DNA of 64,000 nucleotides from a bacterium UBP2_UBA2255 (GTDB lineage Bacteria; Edwardsbacteria; AC1; EtOH8): NCBI GenBank assembly GCA_002347565.1, contig DDXR01000076.1, positions 42,006 to 106,005 of the forward strand, read 5' to 3'. Shown piece by piece: positions 58,427 to 64,000 of this stretch (position 1 is its first letter; each line of letters starts with the position of its first letter). The notes under the pieces were generated by a model. It saw only the letters and a program-made list of their open reading frames with translations, ran no database searches and was not told where the DNA came from. The position numbers and the translations under genes were made by a program.

Positions 58427-58789
58427 TCACTTGCCCGGCTCGTGTGAGGCGGCCATCTTACTGTGGCCCTCGAAGAACACATCGTTGTCGATGATGATGC
58501 CGCGGCACTTGACGTCCCCGGACAGCATGGCCCCGCTCTGCAGCTCGACCTTGTTGGCGGCGGTGACGTTGCCCGTCACCTTGCCACCGACGATGATGTC
58601 CTTGGCCCTGATCTCGGCTTTGAGCGCGCCGTCCTTGCCCACCACCAGAGTGCCGGCGGTCTCCAGCACGCCCTCGAACTCCCCGTCGACCCGCACGCCG
58701 CTCTCCGCCTTCAGCGTGCCGTTCCACTTGGTGCCCTTGGCCAGGATGGTGGAGAGCGCCCCGCCGCCGATGTCTGTCTTCTTGTCCAT
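58427..58789 (-). CDS. bactofilin-family cytoskeletal protein
   Basis: Repetitive beta-helical G-rich pattern (GTLKAESGVRVDGEFEGVLETAGTLVVGKDGALKAEIRAKDIIVGGKVTGNV) typical of bactofilin DUF583. Confidence 0.8.
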   Translation of the reverse strand: MDKKTDIGGGALSTILAKGTKWNGTLKAESGVRVDGEFEGVLETAGTLVVGKDGALKAEIRAKDIIVGGKVTGNVTAANKVELQSGAMLSGDVKCRGIIIDNDVFFEGHSKMAASHEPGK

Positions 58790-58804
58790 GTCGATCCCTC
58801 TTCG

Positions 58805-58832
58805 GTTGGGGCGACCGGCCGGTCGCCCTTAC
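58805..58832. repeat. 28-nt palindromic 5'-UTR element GTTGGGGCGACCGGCCGGTCGCCCTTAC (copy 2 of 3)
   Basis: Perfect 20-nt palindrome GGGCGACCGGCCGGTCGCCC, directly upstream of the bactofilin RBS. Also present at 10855-10882 and 60865-60892. Confidence 0.8.
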
Positions 58833-58850
58833 TTGGTTACTCGCCGCGCC

Positions 58851-60371
58851 TCAGCCCAGCTCGGTGACTCCCACGTCGTAGTCCTCGCCGTCGACTCGCA
58901 TCACGAAATGCCGCTCGGGGTGCCCCTCCGGCGCCCGCACCCCCGCCTTGAGCGCTTCCTGGCGGGCCTTCTTCTTCAGCGGGTCCTTCTGGGCCTCGAA
59001 GTACTCCTTGGCCACCGCCGGGTACAGGGCGTAGGAGATGATGTCCTCGTCCCTGTCGGAAATGCCGGACATTTCCTTCTTGCACTTCTCCCATTCCGGC
59101 GCGATGTGGTTGGCCGGGCGGTCGCTGATCGGCTGCTCGTCGCCGATGGCCTTTTTCATCACCGCCGGGTCGATCGGCGCCGGGGTCCGGCCGTACAGGC
59201 CGCGGCACAGGTCCTTGACCTCCTGGATGATGATCTTGTAGCGCTCGCCGGCCAGCACGTTGAAGGTGGCCTGGGTGCCGACGATCTGCGAGGTGGGGGT
59301 CACCAGCGGCACGTAGCCCAGCTCGGCCCGCACCTTGGGGATCTCCTGCAGCACCGCCTCGAACTTGTCCAGGGCGTTCTGCTTCTCCAGCTGGCTGACC
59401 ATGTTGGTCAGCATCCCGCCCGGCACCTGGTAGACCAGCGCCCGGACGTCCACCCGCTCCGCCACGTTGGTGATCAGGTGGTGGTAGGAGCTGTCCTTGA
59501 TCTCCTGGAAGTACTCGGCGATAGCCAGGAAATGGGACTTGTCGACGTTCAGCTTGTAGCCGGCCCCGTCCAGCATCTCCACCACTGCCTCGGTGGGCGG
59601 CTGGCTGGTGCCCGACCCGAAGGGGCTGATCGCGCAGTCCAGGATGTCCGCCCCGGCCGCGGCCGCCGCGATGTAGGAGGTGGGCGCCATTCCCGTGGTG
59701 CAGTGCGAATGCAGGCACACCGGCAGGCCGACCTGCGCTTTGAGTTTGGCCACCAGCTCGGCCGCCGCCGCCGGCGTGATCAGCCCGGCCATGTCCTTGA
59801 TGGTGATGATGTCGCAGCCCAGGTCCTTGAGCTCCAGCGCGAACTTGACGAAGCCGTCGATGCTGTGCACCGGGGACAGCGTGTAGCTGAAGCAGCCCTG
59901 CACCGTGGCCCCTTGCTTCTTGGCGGTGCGGATGGCCTTCTCCATGTTGCGGATGTCGTTGAGGGCGTCGAACACCCGGAAGACGTCGATCCCCAGCTCC
60001 GCGGCCTTGCCGATGAACCGCTCCAGGATGTCGTCGGCGTAATGCTTGTAGCCGACCAGGTTCTGGCCCCGCAGCAGCATCTGCAGCCTGGTTTTCCTGG
60101 CGTGCTGCTTGAACACGCGCACCCGGTCCCAGGGGTTCTCGTCCAGGAAGCGCAGCATGGTGTCGAAGGTGGCGCCGCCCCACATCTCGAACGACCAGTA
60201 GCCCACTCGGTCCATCTGCTCGATCATCGGGACCATGTCCTCGGTGCGCATCCGGGTGGCGATCAGCGACTGGTGGGCGTCGCGGAAGGCGGTCTCGGTG
60301 ATGTTCACCAGGTGCTTCCCGGGCGCCGCCGCTGCGGGCGCCCCCGTTGACTTGTCTGTCTTCTTGAACAT
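58851..60371 (-). CDS. carboxyltransferase 5S-type subunit (oxaloacetate decarboxylase alpha / pyruvate carboxylase B-like TIM barrel, no biotinyl domain)
   Basis: ITETAFRDAHQSL, FEMWGGATFD and CLHSHCTTGMA motifs of the pyruvate carboxyltransferase family. Ends without a biotin-attachment domain. Confidence 0.9.
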   Translation of the reverse strand: MFKKTDKSTGAPAAAAPGKHLVNITETAFRDAHQSLIATRMRTEDMVPMIEQMDRVGYWSFEMWGGATFDTMLRFLDENPWDRVRVFKQHARKTRLQMLLRGQNLVGYKHYADDILERFIGKAAELGIDVFRVFDALNDIRNMEKAIRTAKKQGATVQGCFSYTLSPVHSIDGFVKFALELKDLGCDIITIKDMAGLITPAAAAELVAKLKAQVGLPVCLHSHCTTGMAPTSYIAAAAAGADILDCAISPFGSGTSQPPTEAVVEMLDGAGYKLNVDKSHFLAIAEYFQEIKDSSYHHLITNVAERVDVRALVYQVPGGMLTNMVSQLEKQNALDKFEAVLQEIPKVRAELGYVPLVTPTSQIVGTQATFNVLAGERYKIIIQEVKDLCRGLYGRTPAPIDPAVMKKAIGDEQPISDRPANHIAPEWEKCKKEMSGISDRDEDIISYALYPAVAKEYFEAQKDPLKKKARQEALKAGVRAPEGHPERHFVMRVDGEDYDVGVTELG

Positions 60372-60435
60372 GGCTACCTCGGCGCTGATGCTGCGTTTGA
60401 TCGCGGGACGCCGTCCCGCCGGGCGGGGCCGGCGA

Positions 60436-60834
60436 TCACGACAGGACGACCAGGGTCTCCCCGGCGCTGACGTTCTGCCGCTCCTTGACCCGGATCTCGG
60501 CGACCTTCCCGGCCAGCGGCGACGACAGCGTGGTCTCCATCTTCATGGCCTCCAGCTTCAGCAGGACGTCCCCCTCCTTGACCTCCTGCCCCTGCTGGCA
60601 CAGCACCTTGATGATGGTGCCGGTCATCGGCGCGGGGATCGCCTTCTGGCCCGCGCCCACCGGCGGGGCCTGGGCCGCGCCGGCCGGAGCGGCCGCGGCC
60701 GGCGGCAGGGTCACCGAGATGGTCTTGGGCCCGGTGGGCGCGGGCGGAGGCGGGACCGCTGTCTTGCGACCGACCTCCTCGACCTCTACCTCGTAGGCCT
60801 TGTTGTTGACCTTGACTATATACTTGCGGGACAT
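60436..60834 (-). CDS. biotin carboxyl carrier protein (1.3S-like biotinyl subunit)
   Basis: C-terminal biotinyl domain with EAMKME. Ala/Pro-rich linker. Confidence 0.9.
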   Translation of the reverse strand: MSRKYIVKVNNKAYEVEVEEVGRKTAVPPPPAPTGPKTISVTLPPAAAAPAGAAQAPPVGAGQKAIPAPMTGTIIKVLCQQGQEVKEGDVLLKLEAMKMETTLSSPLAGKVAEIRVKERQNVSAGETLVVLS

Positions 60835-60864
60835 GGTCCGCTCCCTTTGAGTTCCTATTTCCTC

Positions 60865-60892
60865 GTTGGGGCGACCGGCCGGTCGCCCTTAC
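60865..60892. repeat. 28-nt palindromic 5'-UTR element (copy 3)
   Basis: Upstream of the biotin-carrier gene start. Identical to copy 2. Confidence 0.8.
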
Positions 60893-60905
60893 CCGTTGCC
60901 GATCG

Positions 60906-61088
60906 CTATCTGACCCTCGCCATGTTGTCCTGCCGGCCCGCCAGCGCCCACAGGTTCATCTCGGAATGCTGCACGGCCTTGATCCCGACGATGTGGAATG
61001 CCAGCTTGTCGTCCCTGAGGTAGCGCCCCAGCGCCGCCGCGATGGCGATCTGGACCTCGGCCGACACCTTCTCTTTTTTCTGCGCCAT
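60906..61088 (-). CDS. small subunit of biotin-dependent carboxylase/decarboxylase complex (OadG/epsilon-like), tentative
   Basis: 60 aa. The AEVQIAIAAALGRYL pattern resembles the gamma/epsilon subunit helix. Sits between the carboxyltransferase and BCCP genes. Confidence 0.4.
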   Translation of the reverse strand: MAQKKEKVSAEVQIAIAAALGRYLRDDKLAFHIVGIKAVQHSEMNLWALAGRQDNMARVR

Positions 61089-61167
61089 GCTCTATCCTGT
61101 TTCCCGTTTTCCGTTTAACCGTTTCCCGATCAGTCGACAGGAAACCGGAAACGGCAAACGTTGAAAG

Positions 61168-62724
61168 TTACAACGGTATGTTCCCGTGCTTCTTGGCCGG
61201 TGCCTGGTCGCGCTTGGTCTTGAGCACCGCCAGGCCCGAGGCGATCCTGCCCCTCGTCTCCTCGGGCGGGATCACCGCGTCGACGTACCCGCGCTTGGCC
61301 GCCTCGTAGGGGTTGGAGAACATGGTCTCGTACTCCTCGATCAGCTCGTCGCGGCGCTTGGCCTTGTCCTCGGCCGCGTCGATCTGCTTGCGGAAGATCA
61401 CGTTGACCGCGCCCGAGGCGCCCATCACGGCGATCTCGGCCTGGGGCCAGGCCAGCATCAGGTCCGATCCCAGGTCCTTGTTGCACATCGCGATGTGCGC
61501 GCCGCCGTACGACTTGCGCAGGGTGACGGTGATCTTGGGCACGGTGGCCTCGGAGTAGGCGAACAGGATCTTGGCGCCGTGGCGGATGATGCCGCCGTGC
61601 TCCTGCTGGCGGCCCGGCAGGTAGCCCGGGCAGTCGACGAAGGTCACCAGCGGGATGTTGAAGGCGTCGCAGAACCGGATGAAGCGGGCGGCCTTGTCCG
61701 ACGAGTTGATGTCCAGGCAGCCGGCCAGCACCGTGGGCTGGTTGGCGACGACCCCGATCGTGTGCCCGTTGACCCGGCCCAGGCCCACCACGATGTTGGG
61801 GGCGTACAGCTCGTGCACCTCCAAAAAGTCGCCGTCGTCCACGACCCTGAGGATGATGTCCTTGACGTCGTAGGGCATCTTGGGGTTGGTGGGCACGATG
61901 GTGCGCAGCTCCATGTCGATCCGGCCGGGCTCGTCCGCGCTCTTGGCCGCCGGCGGATCCTCCAGGTTGTTGGCCGGCAGGAACGAGATCAGCTTGCGCA
62001 CGCCGGCGAAGCAGTGCTCCTCGGAGGGATAGATGAAGTGACCGTTGCCCGACACCGCGTTGTGGGTGCGGGCGCCGCCCAAATCTTCGAGGCCGATCTC
62101 CTCGCCCATCACCGCCTTGATCACCTGCGGGCCGGTGATGTACATGTTGGAGACCTTGTCCACCATGAACACGAAGTCGGTGATGGCCGGGCTGTAGACC
62201 GCGCCGCCGGCGCAGGGGCCCAGGATCACCGAGATCTGCGGGATCACGCCGCTGGCGCGCGAGTTGCGGAAGAAGATCATGCCGTAGCCGTGCAGCGAGT
62301 CGACGCCCTCCTGGATCCGCGCCCCGCCGGAGTCGTTGATGCCCACCACCGGCACGCCCATCTTGAGGGCCATGTCCTGCATCTTGACGATCTTCTGGGC
62401 GTGGGCCTCGCCCAAGGACCCGCCGGTGACCGTGAAGTCCTGCGAGAACACGAACACCGGCCGCCCATCCACCGTGCCGTAGCCCGTGACCACGCCGTCG
62501 GCCGGGATCTCGATCTTGTCCATGCCGAAGGTGTCGCAGCGGTGCTTGACGAAGGCGTCGAACTCCACGAAGCTCTGCGGGTCCAGCAGCAGGTCGATGC
62601 GCTCCCGGGCCGAGAGCTTGCCCTTGTCGTGCTGCTTGGCCGCCCGCTTGCCGTCGGCGTCGACGATGACGGACTTCTTGTCCTCGAGCGCCTTGATCAG
62701 CGTTTCGATGGTGCGTTCAGACAT
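61168..62724 (-). CDS. methylmalonyl-CoA carboxyltransferase 12S / propionyl-CoA carboxylase beta-type subunit
   Basis: Carboxyltransferase family motifs: TGGSLG, GINDSGGARIQEG, ILGPCAGGAVYSPAITDF, GVVANQP, FVDCPGYLPG. Confidence 0.95.
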   Translation of the reverse strand: MSERTIETLIKALEDKKSVIVDADGKRAAKQHDKGKLSARERIDLLLDPQSFVEFDAFVKHRCDTFGMDKIEIPADGVVTGYGTVDGRPVFVFSQDFTVTGGSLGEAHAQKIVKMQDMALKMGVPVVGINDSGGARIQEGVDSLHGYGMIFFRNSRASGVIPQISVILGPCAGGAVYSPAITDFVFMVDKVSNMYITGPQVIKAVMGEEIGLEDLGGARTHNAVSGNGHFIYPSEEHCFAGVRKLISFLPANNLEDPPAAKSADEPGRIDMELRTIVPTNPKMPYDVKDIILRVVDDGDFLEVHELYAPNIVVGLGRVNGHTIGVVANQPTVLAGCLDINSSDKAARFIRFCDAFNIPLVTFVDCPGYLPGRQQEHGGIIRHGAKILFAYSEATVPKITVTLRKSYGGAHIAMCNKDLGSDLMLAWPQAEIAVMGASGAVNVIFRKQIDAAEDKAKRRDELIEEYETMFSNPYEAAKRGYVDAVIPPEETRGRIASGLAVLKTKRDQAPAKKHGNIPL

Positions 62725-62844
62725 CGTATGGCAACCTCATGTGGATTGAGGGATTAAGGCGGGGATGGCGCAACCGCCGCGGAGTCCGGGGACACGCTAC
62801 AGATTGTTATTATACATTATAAGGATTCGTTTTTCAAGGATAAA

Positions 62845-62874
62845 AGAAAAGAGCCGCACAAGCGGCTCTTTTTA
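62845..62874. terminator. rho-independent terminator hairpin with flanking T/A runs
   Basis: AAAGAGCCGC-ACAA-GCGGCTCTTTTT. Downstream of the lipoprotein gene on the minus strand, and bidirectional. Confidence 0.55.
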
Positions 62875-62910
62875 CCATGAAAAGGGGTTAATACGCTATG
62901 GGGGTTACCA

Positions 62911-63387
62911 CTACTGAGTGACATTGGGCATCAATGAGCCAATTTTTTGCCACTCTGTGTCTGGTTGTAAAACTACAGCAACGTAAAGAGTATTGTCTTT
63001 GTAGTAATAGCCAAGTTTGCCTTTTGATAATTCGGCCTGTATCTGTTGCGGTGTCAATTTGTACAAACCACCCGTCATCGCGTCAACAGCCAGGCCAATA
63101 AGCCCGCCAAATACTATATTTCCCCAGACCCAACCGCTCACACCACGTGTGATTGTTGCCTCATATGGCTGATAACCAACCATTTCAATCCTAACCATAT
63201 GATGATCCTTGCGACTAAGCTTCGCAACGACAGGTGTCATGCCTTGTGGTACATTATCAATAGTAACTTTAGCGCCCGATGGATTACTAGATATTCCAAC
63301 ATCTTGCTTTGTGCCATGCATGATCGTTGCGCAGCCCACAACAATCAAAGACAACAGCAGGGTCGCCACCACCGCTATGCGTTTCAT
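62911..63387 (-). CDS. lipoprotein, hypothetical (AT-rich region)
   Basis: Lipobox LIVVGCA. 158 aa. ~40% GC. Confidence 0.55.
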   Translation of the reverse strand: MKRIAVVATLLLSLIVVGCATIMHGTKQDVGISSNPSGAKVTIDNVPQGMTPVVAKLSRKDHHMVRIEMVGYQPYEATITRGVSGWVWGNIVFGGLIGLAVDAMTGGLYKLTPQQIQAELSKGKLGYYYKDNTLYVAVVLQPDTEWQKIGSLMPNVTQ

Positions 63388-63462
63388 GATTTCCTCCAGT
63401 TTTTGTTGAATGTATGAATATCACAAGCCCCGCTTGTATGATTTACTAATTTGCCTATGGTT

Positions 63463-63837
63463 TTACGGTGTACTTGTGTATACGATTGCGATGGCCTGTG
63501 CAGTATTGACTGATTGTGCGGAAAGACCACCGCTCAGAGTGGACACATTGGTCTTACTACCTTGACCACCGTATATGATTCCATTCGCCCCTAATTTCTT
63601 TGCCTTTTCTATCAATGACTTCATTACCTTTTCCGGGGAAGCATAGGCACCACCTTCGGCATTGAGAATTGCAATTTGCTTGAAAGGTACTTTTACATCA
63701 GCCTTGTCCGTATAGATATCCACATTCGTGGTGGGTTCACGTTTTTCCGTATCCATCTTTGTGACATGGGTTGTCGCGCACCCTACTGCTACGATGCCCA
63801 GCATTAGGATTAATGCTACTAGTTTCGCGGTATTCAT
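63463..63837 (-). CDS. lipoprotein, hypothetical (AT-rich region)
   Basis: Lipobox IVAVGCA. 124 aa. Confidence 0.55.
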   Translation of the reverse strand: MNTAKLVALILMLGIVAVGCATTHVTKMDTEKREPTTNVDIYTDKADVKVPFKQIAILNAEGGAYASPEKVMKSLIEKAKKLGANGIIYGGQGSKTNVSTLSGGLSAQSVNTAQAIAIVYTSTP

Positions 63838-64000
63838 GGCTACGCTCCTCGTTGGTGATTACTGGTATCTCTTTTACTTAACCGTTTAGTAAAAATACCA
63901 CTTTATATATATACTTGTCAAGCTATATTTATATTTATTTATTGGTATTATTACGCCCGGCATAATGCTACTATACAACGCACTCATTGAGAGTTATCCA

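Overview
This is a 64-kb, high-GC (~65-70%) bacterial contig. Its genes are tightly packed, mostly Shine-Dalgarno-led, and show ATGA/GTGA overlap coupling. Many secreted proteins end in Por/T9SS-type C-terminal sorting domains, so the source is probably an uncultivated FCB-superphylum-like bacterium; this is my inference only. The core content covers three themes. (1) A methylmalonyl-CoA (Wood-Werkman-type) propionate module: split methylmalonyl-CoA mutase, MeaB, methylmalonyl-CoA epimerase, and a 12S/1.3S/5S transcarboxylase-like carboxyltransferase cluster. (2) Regulatory and stress genes: ECF sigma plus anti-sigma, a DUF4388 response regulator, hsp20-hspR-degP, a sigma-70 factor and tmRNA. 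(3) A run of T9SS-CTD cargo proteins: two parallel beta-helix proteins, a PPAD/agmatine-deiminase-like enzyme, and a giant YVTN beta-propeller. The strongest candidate for something new is a ~4.5-kb AT-rich (~35% GC) island wedged into the mutase operon between the large-subunit gene and the membrane-protein/B12-subunit genes. It carries a Type II R-M pair (beta-class SPPY methyltransferase plus a PD-(D/E)xK nuclease) and an orphan 506-aa KAP-like P-loop NTPase that looks like a standalone defense gene. The island also brackets a GC-rich, internally deleted DUF486 remnant. Other notable items: a compositionally chimeric secreted serpin fused to a CarbopepD-like N-terminus; a near-identical CTD-encoding DNA repeat on two adjacent cargo genes; tandem PCYW-repeat lipoprotein paralogs; a perfectly palindromic 28-nt element in three 5' UTRs; inverted 48-nt palindromic elements flanking mce-mgsA; and a HAIR-like operator on the hsp20 promoter. 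Everything is inferred from reading the sequence and translations. No database searches were run.
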